From: an uncultured archaeon
GTDB taxonomy: Archaea; Altiarchaeota; Altiarchaeia; IMC4; SCGC-AAA252-I15
DNA length: 45,535 bases
NCBI GenBank assembly: GCA_902384455.1
Contig: CABMCB010000056.1
Span: 1 to 45,535 of the forward strand
Direction of reading: 5' to 3'
Shown here: positions 21,067 through 30,436 of the stretch, piece after piece
Layout of the letters: every line of letters starts with the position of its first letter
Position numbering within the stretch: the stretch's first letter is position 1
Position numbers and translations under genes: made by a program
The notes under the pieces: generated by a model
Told to the model about the DNA's origin: nothing
Database searches by the model: none
The model's input: only the letters and a program-made list of their open reading frames with translations

Positions 21067-22038
21067 ATGTCTCATTTTAAATTGGCGGCAATTTTGCTGC
21101 TGGTCCTGCTTGCCGCAGGTTGCCTCACAATAAAATACGTGCCGGACGCAAACGAAACCGCCATAAAAAAAACCACAACCTCATCACCCACTTTAACATC
21201 AACAACCACATTGCCTAATGAAAACACGCTTCCGCCTAAACCCAAACCGACTCTGCCACCAAAACCCCGACCAACCACAACCACATCCATACTCCCAGCA
21301 AAAAACGAAACCGCTTTATCCAGTTGCCCAACCGAATGGCCCCTCAACTGCACAACCGATTATTCGCCCGTATGCGCCCGCCTGGAAGGAGGAGGTCACC
21401 TTAAGTTGGGTGTGGGGCGCTGGGAGACGTTCAACAACAGCTGCATGGCGTGCGCCTCAAGCAGCCGGATGTTCATCATAAGCAATTACAAGCAGGGCGG
21501 TTGTCAAGGCGACGAAGGAGTGATTGTTGACGGGAAAGCGTGGGTGGCAGTCGAGCCTATTCAATGCGGAATGAACGTGTGGGAAAAGTGGTATACTGCG
21601 CAGCAGAACAAAAGCGACGACATAGGCGAAGCAGGCATACTCAAACAGTTTTTCCTAACAAACTATAACGCAACAGTTTACGCGGTGAAATCCATCAAGA
21701 AATACGAAGAAGTCTGTATGTCCTGTGGTTGTTCGCGCGGCGACGAACTTAGGCTGCTTGTAGACTTCAAAGACTTTGACTTATACAAAAAGATGGAATT
21801 CAAGCTAACGGCCGCAGAAAGCGTTTGCGCAGTGAGGAATTTGTCGGCGTGCGTTAATGATTCGGACTGCGTTTGCGGCGGGAAAGATGTGCTTACTGGG
21901 GCATGTTTCATTGGAAATGACGCTTATCGCCGCGACTGCGTTGATATGGCGTCGTTCTGTCCGGATTTCTGCGCTGGGATAGCGGGGAACTTGAGGACTG
22001 CGTGCGTTGAAGGGCGTTGCGCTCAAAAGCCGAAGTAG
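21067..22038 (+). CDS. Cys-rich putative lipoprotein with a Kazal-like module and further Cys clusters
   Basis: Lipobox LLAAGC, Thr/Pro linker, CTTDYSPVCA..TFNNSCMAC, PIQCGMNVWE..CMSCGC, C..DSDC cluster. Confidence 0.75.
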   Translation: MSHFKLAAILLLVLLAAGCLTIKYVPDANETAIKKTTTSSPTLTSTTTLPNENTLPPKPKPTLPPKPRPTTTTSILPAKNETALSSCPTEWPLNCTTDYSPVCARLEGGGHLKLGVGRWETFNNSCMACASSSRMFIISNYKQGGCQGDEGVIVDGKAWVAVEPIQCGMNVWEKWYTAQQNKSDDIGEAGILKQFFLTNYNATVYAVKSIKKYEEVCMSCGCSRGDELRLLVDFKDFDLYKKMEFKLTAAESVCAVRNLSACVNDSDCVCGGKDVLTGACFIGNDAYRRDCVDMASFCPDFCAGIAGNLRTACVEGRCAQKPK

Positions 22039-22041
22039 TTT

Positions 22042-23283
22042 TTATCGGCGCAGAAACAGCCAGTATACGATGGCGTTTATCGCGGTTAAAGGTACGCCTA
22101 TTTTCGCGAACTCCCTGAATGAGATTGTTTCTCCTGACGTTTCTTCAGCGTGCTGGATTATTATGATGTTGCTTGCAGCACCCAGAATCAGGAGGTTTCC
22201 TGCTATGGTGCTTCCTGCCGCCAAAGCAAGCATTCCCTGCGTTGTCGCGCCCGCCTCCCGCAGCATTGGCAGATAGAGGGCGACAAGAGGGACGTTTGAT
22301 ATGAATTGGGACAGAATTATGCTGACCGCAAGAATCATGGGGGTGGAAGTTATGTCTACGTTGAGGCTTTTGATTGCGTTTTGGAAGAATCCCGTAGTCC
22401 ATACTGCTTCCATCAGGATGAACATGCTTGCGAAAAAGATGAGTGTATGCCAATCGACTTTACGCATTATAGTGAACCGTTTGGACGAAAAAATCAGTAT
22501 CGGCAGGCAAGCGGCTAAAGCTATGTACGTCAACTGGATGTCTCTGCCGGTGTTTAATTCAGCCGCAAGTACCTTCGCCACAACCAGCAGGATAATGACA
22601 GATAGCGACAGTTTCGTAAGCGACGCAAGAAAAGGGTCTTTGGACTTTTCGTCGGTGTAAACGAGTTTTACGCCGTTAAACTGGTCCCTAAAGAAGAATT
22701 TTAACACAAGATAACAAACGAAAAGGTTTATCAAAGTGGGAATGAACAAAGCTTTAAAGAAAATGAGAAAAGGATTTTCCACTCCGCCGTTCAACGCAAC
22801 AAGCAGGTTCTGAGGGTTGCCTATCGGACTCATTACGCTTCCAGTCGTCACCCCAAAAGCCAAAGCCAAAAGAAGAAGCTTAGGGGAAACCCGCTGAGTC
22901 CTCGCAAGAAGCAAGACAATCGGCGTGCCAATAATAGCCAAAGTGTCGTTCAAAAGAAATGCAGAAGCCACGCCGTTCACAAAAACAACCGACAAAATAA
23001 GCGAGCTTACGGAAGACGCACGCCTAAACACCTTATACGTAAGATGAGCAAGATAGCCGCTTTCCTCCAAAGCAGCGCCAACAACAAACATGCAGAAAAG
23101 AAAAAGTATGACATCATAATCCACCGCATAAAGCGCCTCAGAAAAAGTGATGCTCTGTGCAACCAAGACCGCCACACAACCGCCCAGCATAATCTGCCAC
23201 ATATGCAATCTAACGCGGGGAACATGCCTTCTGACCGCAATCAAAACAAACACGACGGCCAAAACCGCAACCGGAAACAACAT
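22042..23283 (-). CDS. ArsB/NhaD/SLC13-type anion permease
   Basis: SAFLLNDT, GSVMSPIGNPQN, SQFISNVP, STIAGNLLILGAASN. Confidence 0.9.
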   Translation of the reverse strand: MLFPVAVLAVVFVLIAVRRHVPRVRLHMWQIMLGGCVAVLVAQSITFSEALYAVDYDVILFLFCMFVVGAALEESGYLAHLTYKVFRRASSVSSLILSVVFVNGVASAFLLNDTLAIIGTPIVLLLARTQRVSPKLLLLALAFGVTTGSVMSPIGNPQNLLVALNGGVENPFLIFFKALFIPTLINLFVCYLVLKFFFRDQFNGVKLVYTDEKSKDPFLASLTKLSLSVIILLVVAKVLAAELNTGRDIQLTYIALAACLPILIFSSKRFTIMRKVDWHTLIFFASMFILMEAVWTTGFFQNAIKSLNVDITSTPMILAVSIILSQFISNVPLVALYLPMLREAGATTQGMLALAAGSTIAGNLLILGAASNIIIIQHAEETSGETISFREFAKIGVPLTAINAIVYWLFLRR

Positions 23284-23389
23284 TGAAGTATGAGATAAAC
23301 TTTTCGGAATAAAAAACGCTGGTTAATTATGCCCAAATTCAAGCGTTTTGGGTCCGCCATTTATTTATTTCAGCTTCCAGTTTTTTTTA

Positions 23390-24568
23390 ATGGGTGCGAA
23401 AGTTCTTGAAGATTTAAAACAGCACAGGAACCACGTTTTACTTCTGATTCTGACGGGAATATGCGTAAAGTTCGCCTTGTTTTTTTTTGCTTGGGCATTT
23501 CCCGTGGCGCCCATAGGGCAAATGATGGGCGTTAAACCGGAGTTCCTTTCGATTAACCTAAATAATTCATCTTCCGACACGATACCGTTGGACGCCAAGA
23601 TTCGTAGGGCGTTCGACACTGCCGTATACATTGACATAGCTCAAGAGGGCTACTCGGAAGTCCCAGGTAGAACCAAATTCCTTATGTACTCTTCGAGTCT
23701 TTCCGCGTCCACATGCGCACATATGTGGCTTTTTCTCTATCCCCTTGCGATTAGATTGTTGGCTTCACTTGTCGGTTTTGTGGCGTCCGCGATTTTAGCC
23801 TCAAATTTCTTTTCGCTTACGTCCACAATCCTCCTCTACTTTGTGGCCCTTAAGTACGTCGACGACTCTTCGGCGTTTCGCGCCGCCATCCTCTTCTTGC
23901 TGTATCCGCAGAATCTGGCGTACGGCACCGGAGGATACTCTGAGCCATTATTCATGACGTTCGTATTGTCTGCGTGGCTGCTTCTGGAGCAAAACATTCT
24001 TCTTTGCGGAGTACTCATAATGCTAGCGTCTCTAACCAGATACTTCGGACTGCTTTTGTTCCCATTATTTGCCTTAATCAACGCAGCCAGAAAACTCCCC
24101 GATAAAGAGCTCAAAAAGGCGGCAGCAGACGGCATCCTACTGCACCTGTTTGCGTTGCCTCTCCTCTACTGGCTGTTCATCCAAGTTCCAAACGACACCG
24201 GAATATCGTTTTCTCAGATAGAATCTATGTGCGCCCACGTCTCATTCGGAATTCCCGGCTCATCATTACTGTTTCTGCAGCCAATCGGAGCATTTTTCCT
24301 ATACGCAAGCATAATCGCAGTCTGGCAGCTATGGAAAAACAACAAGATTCTCGCCGGCTACTCAATCGTCTTCCTACTCTCCTTTATGTCGATTAACGGC
24401 CTAACCGCTGTTTCCATAGGAAGGTACATCGGCATAATCTGGCCGCTGTTTATCTTTTACGGCAGATACTTTGCTTGGAAGGACACGTTGGTATTATCTG
24501 CGGGTTTTTTCCTTTTAGGGGCGATTATGTTCATCTTCCACGTGAACTTAATTCCGACGACCTTCTGA
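23390..24568 (+). CDS. GT-C fold membrane glycosyltransferase (PIG-V-like mannosyltransferase)
   Basis: FDTAVYIDIAQEGY, FLYP, YSEPLF, ASLTR..G, GRY; multi-TM; ATG 23390 chosen. Confidence 0.75.
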   Translation: MGAKVLEDLKQHRNHVLLLILTGICVKFALFFFAWAFPVAPIGQMMGVKPEFLSINLNNSSSDTIPLDAKIRRAFDTAVYIDIAQEGYSEVPGRTKFLMYSSSLSASTCAHMWLFLYPLAIRLLASLVGFVASAILASNFFSLTSTILLYFVALKYVDDSSAFRAAILFLLYPQNLAYGTGGYSEPLFMTFVLSAWLLLEQNILLCGVLIMLASLTRYFGLLLFPLFALINAARKLPDKELKKAAADGILLHLFALPLLYWLFIQVPNDTGISFSQIESMCAHVSFGIPGSSLLFLQPIGAFFLYASIIAVWQLWKNNKILAGYSIVFLLSFMSINGLTAVSIGRYIGIIWPLFIFYGRYFAWKDTLVLSAGFFLLGAIMFIFHVNLIPTTF

Positions 24569-24586
24569 TTTTCATTTGAGAATCCG

Positions 24587-25144
24587 TCACTTGTGCAGCA
24601 CTTTCAGTAGGTCTGAGTTTGTGATTATGCCTTGCGTTTCCCCGTGCTCCGTGACAAGGGCTGCAGTATTGTGCTCCAGCAGAACGGACAGAACTGAGAT
24701 AGGCGTCTCTGGCCTGACGGTCGGAAAAGCGTCCTCCATGATGTCGCGAGTCTTTCTGGCAGACAAAGCGGAAGCCTTAGTTCCAGAAGCTATGTGCGCA
24801 AGAATGGCGCGCTCGCTAATGCTCCCAATAATCTGGTCGCCGTCGTAAACAGGCATCTGACTGACTCCAAACTCCTTCATCTTAGAGGCAGCCGACTCCA
24901 ATGGATTGTCCGCCTGCACGCCGACGACGTCGCCGGTCATAATTTCAGCCGCAGTAACCTCCTTACCTTTCATCCCCTCTAAGGCGGTAAAAAGGCGCAC
25001 TACCGTGTTGTAGCGGGGGTCAACTGAGCCGGATTCAATCCTCGCCACCAAGCTTTGACTAACTCCTGCTTTTTCAGCAAGCTCCGTCTGGGTGAGGCCG
25101 AGTTTTTTTCTGCGGCGTTCAATATCCTTTAGGTCTGGGAACAT
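24587..25144 (-). CDS. XRE-HTH transcriptional regulator with CBS domains (conserved archaeal type)
   Basis: RRKKLGLTQTELAEKAGVSQSLVARIESG..DP, followed by a CBS pair (SQMPV, GIIT.SDLL). Confidence 0.92.
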   Translation of the reverse strand: MFPDLKDIERRRKKLGLTQTELAEKAGVSQSLVARIESGSVDPRYNTVVRLFTALEGMKGKEVTAAEIMTGDVVGVQADNPLESAASKMKEFGVSQMPVYDGDQIIGSISERAILAHIASGTKASALSARKTRDIMEDAFPTVRPETPISVLSVLLEHNTAALVTEHGETQGIITNSDLLKVLHK

Positions 25145-25215
25145 CGTATGCGTTTATGAATAAAACGGCGTCCAATTTATTAAGCTTTGTTTGCCTTTTT
25201 ATCATTCCTCATCAA

Positions 25216-25494
25216 ATGCAAAATTTTTACCTGCTTAAGCCGTGCAAGACAAGCGCCGCCTACGAGGCAGTACCCAAGAACCAGCATCTTAGGCTAAACC
25301 TTACTGAGGCGGCTGAAAAACTGAAGAGGGAGGGTTACTTGCTGACGGCTGAAACCCCTGTTTTGTTTATCGCAGAAAAAGAATTTCCTGTGACCGTTTT
25401 CCCTCACGGCAAACTCCTTATCAAAAACGCTACTGAGGAGGGGGCGCAGCGGCTAGCCGACGACGTTTATCGCATACTGGGAATAACCGGCTGA
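25216..25494 (+). CDS. Small conserved-looking hypothetical protein
   Basis: KPCK..AYE and VTVFPHGKLLIK resemble small archaeal alpha/beta proteins; ATG 25216 follows TTTTTAT at TATA-like distance. Confidence 0.65.
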   Translation: MQNFYLLKPCKTSAAYEAVPKNQHLRLNLTEAAEKLKREGYLLTAETPVLFIAEKEFPVTVFPHGKLLIKNATEEGAQRLADDVYRILGITG

Positions 25495-26357
25495 AAATTC
25501 TTTTTGTCTAGCAGTTCCTTCCTATAGTCTTCCATAAAAAGGCGCGTCTTCTCTCCCGGCACAGCGCTTCCAATTGCAGTCTCACCGACGGAAGCCACAG
25601 GTAGAACTCCCCTTCCTGTGGATGTGATAAAGCACTCTCTCATGGACTCTACGTCGTCGGGAGACACAGCCTCCTCAACAACCTTAATCCTCCTTTTTCT
25701 AGCAGACTTTAGGACTACGTCCCTTGTTATTCCGGACAAAACAGTTCCGTCAGCCGCAGTCCACAAAGCGCCGTCACGGTCGACAAAAAAGAGGTTGCTG
25801 CTTGCGCCCTCAGAAAGCCGCCCGTCAGGCGTCAGAAGAATCGCCTCATGGGCCTTGACGCGGTGAGACTCCATTACCGCAAGCACGTTGGGCAGAAAAT
25901 TCAGGCTCTTAATCCGCGGGTCAAGAAAACGCGGGTCGCGGACGAAATCAGTCACATGCACAACAACGCCCTCATCATAAAGAACCTGAGGATAAACACG
26001 GGGACGAAAAGAGGCCACGACCGTGGGTTGCTCAGGCAAATCCGAACCTAACGTCCCGCCTACGCCGCGGCTCACGGTGACCCTTATGACCGCGTCAGAA
26101 AGATTATTCTCCGTCACAACAAGAGAAAGCATTTTCGCAAAATGCTCCGAATCAAAAGGCGCATCCATCCCAACCAAATGCGCGGACTGAAGCAGCCGCT
26201 TCAAATGGTCGTTAGGGCGAAAAACTCGTCCGTCAAAAACCCTCAGAGTCTCATAAACCCCGTCTCCATACAAAAAACCTCTGTCGAAAGCCGAAACATG
26301 CGCTTCACCTGCGTCCAACATAATGCCGTTGACGTAGACGCGGCCTTCAGGCTTCAT
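25467..26357 (-). CDS. Class IV PLP aminotransferase; likely aminodeoxychorismate lyase (PabC-like) by context
   Basis: DRGFLYGDGVYET, HLKRL, KS.N, EGASSNLF, LSGITR; directly downstream of the pabB-like gene. Confidence 0.85.
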   Translation of the reverse strand: MKPEGRVYVNGIMLDAGEAHVSAFDRGFLYGDGVYETLRVFDGRVFRPNDHLKRLLQSAHLVGMDAPFDSEHFAKMLSLVVTENNLSDAVIRVTVSRGVGGTLGSDLPEQPTVVASFRPRVYPQVLYDEGVVVHVTDFVRDPRFLDPRIKSLNFLPNVLAVMESHRVKAHEAILLTPDGRLSEGASSNLFFVDRDGALWTAADGTVLSGITRDVVLKSARKRRIKVVEEAVSPDDVESMRECFITSTGRGVLPVASVGETAIGSAVPGEKTRLFMEDYRKELLDKKNFQPVIPSMR

Positions 26358-26359
26358 CC

Positions 26360-27724
26360 TTAGTCCTTCCTCTTTTCTTCTTTAAATTCGGTTTTAAGGG
26401 CTTTTTGGAGGGCTTCTGCCTTGTGCAATGTTTCGTGGAACTCGAATTCAGGGTCGCTGTCTGCGACTATGCCCGCCCCAGTCTGAAAGTAAGCGCGCTT
26501 ATCGGCAACCAATATGGTCCGGATTATGATGTTTAGTTCCATGTCGCCGTTATAGCCAATCCACCCGGCCGAACCGGTGTATGGGCCGCGACGTACGGGT
26601 TCGAGTTCGTCTATGATTTCCATGCACCTTACTTTTGGGCAGCCGGTGATTGTTCCTCCGGGAAAGACTGCGCGCAGTATGTCAACGGCATCGACGCCTT
26701 CCCTAAGTTTCCCCGAAACGTGGCTTACTATGTGGATGACGTGGCTGTAGCGTTCAAGAACCATCAGCTCATCAACCTTAACGGACCCATAATTGCATAC
26801 TCGCCCCAGGTCGTTTCGTTCCAAATCAACGAGCATAATATGCTCAGCCCTCTCCTTCTGAGACAAAAGAAGCTCAGCCGACAAACGAGTATCCTCCTTT
26901 TTTGTGGCACCCCTTGGCCGAGTGCCAGCTATAGGCCGAGTCTCAATCGAATTGCCTCGCACTTTGGCAAGTAGTTCCGGCGAGGAGCTTACCAGCGTGA
27001 GTTCGGGAAACCTAATGTAGCAGGCGTAGGGCGACGGGTTTATCTCGGTGAGGCGCCGATACAAGCTCAGCGTGTCTCCGTTGAATCCGACTGAAAAGCG
27101 CTGGCTAATGTTCGCCTGAAATATGTCTCCTGCCGCAATGTACTTCTTCGTCTTAATCACGGCTTTCTTGAATCCTTCCTTAGAAAAAGAGCTAAGTAAG
27201 TCTGAAGACGCCGCATGTTTCCCCTCCGACGGAAGAGGTCCTTTGAAGGCGCACTCAATAAGAGACTTTGCGTCTGCCTGCGTTGCTGCGTAAGCAGTTG
27301 CCGTATTCCCTACGTGGTCTATGGTAATCCAACTGGACGGCTCCATAAGATACGCCGTAGGCAAACTCAAGTCGTCCGCAGAATTACCCGAGAAATTCAC
27401 CCACCCCCTAACCAAGTCATAAGAAAAGTAGCCAACAAAACCCCCCGAGAAGCCGCCCGACTTCCCAGCCGCCTTCCTACCTGCGTTTTTTCTTAGAAAC
27501 GCCTCCCATCCGCCGGGAACAACACGCCAACGTCCTCCCTCATAAACCTCTGCTTTACCCTCCTTCTCCCGCACCACCCGCTTAATCTCCGCCCCCAGAT
27601 ACGTCCGCCTGCCGCCTTTAGCGCTCTCAAGAAGGAAACAATACGGCCTTCCCCCAGAAATCCTTTTGAAAAGGCTGTACGGGGTTTCTTTGCCAAGCGG
27701 CCTGGTAGCGGAAGAGTAAGCCAC
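26360..27724 (-). CDS. Chorismate-binding enzyme component I (PabB/TrpE family)
   Basis: LLES, GDIFQAN, NPSPY, SSSPE, TRPIAGTRPR, AEHIMLVDLERNDLG, FPGGTITGCPK, GAGIVADS; linkage to a class IV aminotransferase favours PabB. Confidence 0.9.
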   Translation of the reverse strand: MAYSSATRPLGKETPYSLFKRISGGRPYCFLLESAKGGRRTYLGAEIKRVVREKEGKAEVYEGGRWRVVPGGWEAFLRKNAGRKAAGKSGGFSGGFVGYFSYDLVRGWVNFSGNSADDLSLPTAYLMEPSSWITIDHVGNTATAYAATQADAKSLIECAFKGPLPSEGKHAASSDLLSSFSKEGFKKAVIKTKKYIAAGDIFQANISQRFSVGFNGDTLSLYRRLTEINPSPYACYIRFPELTLVSSSPELLAKVRGNSIETRPIAGTRPRGATKKEDTRLSAELLLSQKERAEHIMLVDLERNDLGRVCNYGSVKVDELMVLERYSHVIHIVSHVSGKLREGVDAVDILRAVFPGGTITGCPKVRCMEIIDELEPVRRGPYTGSAGWIGYNGDMELNIIIRTILVADKRAYFQTGAGIVADSDPEFEFHETLHKAEALQKALKTEFKEEKRKD

Positions 27725-27742
27725 GATACTAATGGGGTGCGC

Positions 27743-28261
27743 CTATATTTGTACGGGAGGGAGGCTGCAAACCCTAAGGACGTAACGGATGAATTCCTCC
27801 CTAGTTCTTGTTTCCCGTCGCATCTGGTTCCATATGCGGACTTTCCTGCTGTAAAAGCCATGTTCAACGGCGGCTTGGACTGCGGTTTCCTGAAGGTCTT
27901 TGAATATTTTAGGCGGGGCCGCGCACGAGTACTTGTCTCTCAGTTGAGCGTTTACCGGGTTGAAGGGGTAAATCCTGCACAGCATCGGGTGGTAACCGTG
28001 TACCGAGCATCTTAGGACGCCGTTGTTTTGCCGCGAAAAAACGCAGGCTCCGTCCTCCCTGCGCTTAAGCACCATGTAGTAATAGCCGTCGTCAAGCCGA
28101 ATGTCCTGCTGCTCGCTTTCGATTTTAGCGACATCGCAAAAATCAACATACTCCAGAGGACTCAAGTCGGAAGCAGCAAGCCTGCGAACGTCAGAGTCGG
28201 AAACAGGAACAAAGTACCTCCTGCAGCAGGCGCCATCGCAGTTATCGCACCCGTCCATCAT
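27743..28261 (-). CDS. YkgJ-family (CxxCxxCC) zinc/Fe-S cluster protein
   Basis: CDNCDGACC..CVF..CSVH..P..CRIYPF; start reassigned to ATG 28261 to avoid overlap with the MFS gene. Confidence 0.88.
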   Translation of the reverse strand: MMDGCDNCDGACCRRYFVPVSDSDVRRLAASDLSPLEYVDFCDVAKIESEQQDIRLDDGYYYMVLKRREDGACVFSRQNNGVLRCSVHGYHPMLCRIYPFNPVNAQLRDKYSCAAPPKIFKDLQETAVQAAVEHGFYSRKVRIWNQMRRETRTREEFIRYVLRVCSLPPVQI

Positions 28262-28298
28262 ATCTTTTTTGGGAAGGAAGATGAAAATATACAATCCT

Positions 28299-29837
28299 AT
28301 GCCAGAAAAAACCCGGCAAAACGAAATAACCGAGGCAGACAAGAAACGCAGCCTCAAATACTCCATATACGACGGCTCAGTATGGGGAATAATGACGGGT
28401 TTCGGAGACCAGTATGTAACGCCCTTTGCGGTAGAACTAGGCGTTTCAGCGTTCGTCATAGGCCTTATAACGTCGATTCCGGCTTTGTTCAGTTCTTTCG
28501 CCCAGTTGTTCAACGCGGCAGCTACAGACTTGCTTCATAGCCGGAAAAAAGTCATTCTTGTGTGTGTTTTCCTGCAAGCCTTAATGTGGGCTCCGCTTGC
28601 TCTCATACCCTTTATAGTTCCGCAGGAATACGTGGAACCGGTGATTTTGCTGTCTGCTATTGCGCTGTTAGTCTTCGGAGGCTTCGGGGGTCCGCCTTGG
28701 GCAAGCATAATGGGCGACCTAGTGCCTAAAGAGACGATGGGGGAATTCTTCGGCAGAAGAAACAGGATAGTAGGGGCGGTCACTTTCACCTCAATACTTA
28801 CGGCTGGATTCATCCTCGACATATTCAAAACAAGAGGCTCGGCACTATACGGGTTCAGCGCGCTGTTCACAGTCGCCCTAATAGCAAGATTACTGTCGTT
28901 CTATTTTCTGACAAAACACGTAGAGATGCCTTACCGCTCGCCTAAAAGCGCGCACTTCTCCTTCCTGCAATACCTGATAAAACTACCCAAAACGAACTAC
29001 GGACATTTCGCAATATACCTTGCACTAATGAACTTCAGCGTCAACGTAGCAGGCCCATTCTTCGCAGTATACATGCTTAGAGACCTCAACCTGAGTTACG
29101 CCGAATACACGATAGTAACAGTCGCAGTCACCATCACAAGCTTCCTTACCATGACTATGTGGGGGCGGGCGGCAGACAAGTTCGGAAACAAGCACATACT
29201 CAACGTAACCGGCATGCTACTTCCGCTTGTTCCAGTAGTATGGCTTTTCGGTTACAGCGTATCGTACCTCATAGTCATCCAGATGCTTTCCGGATTCGTC
29301 TGGGCCGGATTCAACCTTTCGACATTCAATTTCATATACGAAAACGTCCGGCCGACAAAAAGAACTCGCGTAACAGCATATCAAAATGCGATAAACGGGG
29401 GGTCCATATTCGTCGGAGGAATAATAGGCGGTTACCTGGCTATCCATATCACCGACCCCTGGATATTTAAGTCGCCCCTACAGTTCCTCTTCCTGCTGTC
29501 CGGAATACTGAGGCTGTTGATATCCCTCCTGATGCTACCTCGCATACAGGAAGTCCGGGAAGTAGAGGAACCGCGGATTCCAATCATACCTTGGAGATTA
29601 GGGCTCTCCAGAAGCAACTTGGGGCTGAGGCCTATATTCTATCCGATACAGACGTCTCAGCCAGTCCGAAACATCTCAAGGATTATTCGCGAGGCTCCGG
29701 AAGGAGTTTCCAAGATGATTCATGAAGCGCCTGATGAAGTCTCAAGGATTATTCGCGATGCCCCGGAAGAGGCATTATACCGGCTTAAAGTCAGGCCTAA
29801 ATCAGACGGCAAGAGGAAGCAGACTAATCGTCGCTGA
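28299..29837 (+). CDS. MFS transporter with a C-terminal soluble tail
   Basis: SLKYSIYDG, W.S.MGDLVP...G.FFGRR, WGRAADKFGNK, about 12 TM; start likely ATG 28299 (or 28281). Confidence 0.9.
   Translation: MPEKTRQNEITEADKKRSLKYSIYDGSVWGIMTGFGDQYVTPFAVELGVSAFVIGLITSIPALFSSFAQLFNAAATDLLHSRKKVILVCVFLQALMWAPLALIPFIVPQEYVEPVILLSAIALLVFGGFGGPPWASIMGDLVPKETMGEFFGRRNRIVGAVTFTSILTAGFILDIFKTRGSALYGFSALFTVALIARLLSFYFLTKHVEMPYRSPKSAHFSFLQYLIKLPKTNYGHFAIYLALMNFSVNVAGPFFAVYMLRDLNLSYAEYTIVTVAVTITSFLTMTMWGRAADKFGNKHILNVTGMLLPLVPVVWLFGYSVSYLIVIQMLSGFVWAGFNLSTFNFIYENVRPTKRTRVTAYQNAINGGSIFVGGIIGGYLAIHITDPWIFKSPLQFLFLLSGILRLLISLLMLPRIQEVREVEEPRIPIIPWRLGLSRSNLGLRPIFYPIQTSQPVRNISRIIREAPEGVSKMIHEAPDEVSRIIRDAPEEALYRLKVRPKSDGKRKQTNRR
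29673..29771 (+). repeat. Three imperfect 33-bp (11-aa) tandem repeats in the MFS tail
   Basis: ISRIIREAPEG / VSKMIHEAPDE / VSRIIRDAPEE; TCTCAAGGATTATTCGCGA occurs exactly at 29674 and 29740 (66 bp apart). Confidence 0.85.
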
Positions 29838-30408
29838 CTAGGTAGTCAACAGTCATGTCGCTTTCCTCAACTGGAATATGCGGCACAACCTGTTCTTTGA
29901 ATGCTACCCCTATTGTCGGCGCATTAATTTTTGACAGCGCTCTGTCGTAGAATCCTTTGCCGTAGCCGATTCTGGCAAATCCTCTCTTGTGCGGCGCCCA
30001 AGCAAGCCCTGGGACTATCACTACGTCGGCTGATGTTATGTCTGCGGGCTGTGCGCGTCTTAACTCTTTTTTAGGCTCAAGAATGCCGTATTTCCCCGGC
30101 GCAAGGTCTGAAAAATCCGTCACATGAACCCAACCAAGATTACTCCCGTCTACATACGGGACAATAACTTTTTTCACGCCTTCTGCAACCTCTCTTTTTA
30201 TCAGGGATACAGTCTCGACTTCACTACCAAAGCTAACGTAGAACGCAACAGTCTTTGCGGAAGAGTACGCAGGATGATATTCAACGCGCTTCATAATCCG
30301 CGCGCTCCTTTTGGCACGCTCATCGGAGGGCAAAGAATCCCTCAAAGAACGCATTTTAGAACGCAAAACCGCCTTCGCACCGCTAGTCTCGGCGTCCACA
30401 ATTAGCAT
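29824..30408 (-). CDS. 5-formyltetrahydrofolate cyclo-ligase
   Basis: K..LR..M, YVS.GSEVET, YGILEP, DVVIVPGLA, RIGYGKGFYDR; start could be GTG 30399. Confidence 0.93.
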   Translation of the reverse strand: MLIVDAETSGAKAVLRSKMRSLRDSLPSDERAKRSARIMKRVEYHPAYSSAKTVAFYVSFGSEVETVSLIKREVAEGVKKVIVPYVDGSNLGWVHVTDFSDLAPGKYGILEPKKELRRAQPADITSADVVIVPGLAWAPHKRGFARIGYGKGFYDRALSKINAPTIGVAFKEQVVPHIPVEESDMTVDYLVSDD

Positions 30409-30436
30409 TTAAGGAAGCACTGCACTTATAGCTACC

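Noticed and set aside
27743-28513. Apparent ~400-bp antisense overlap of the YkgJ and MFS genes
   Set aside because: Artefact of longest-ORF calling; family motifs begin near 28261 (-) and 28299 (+).
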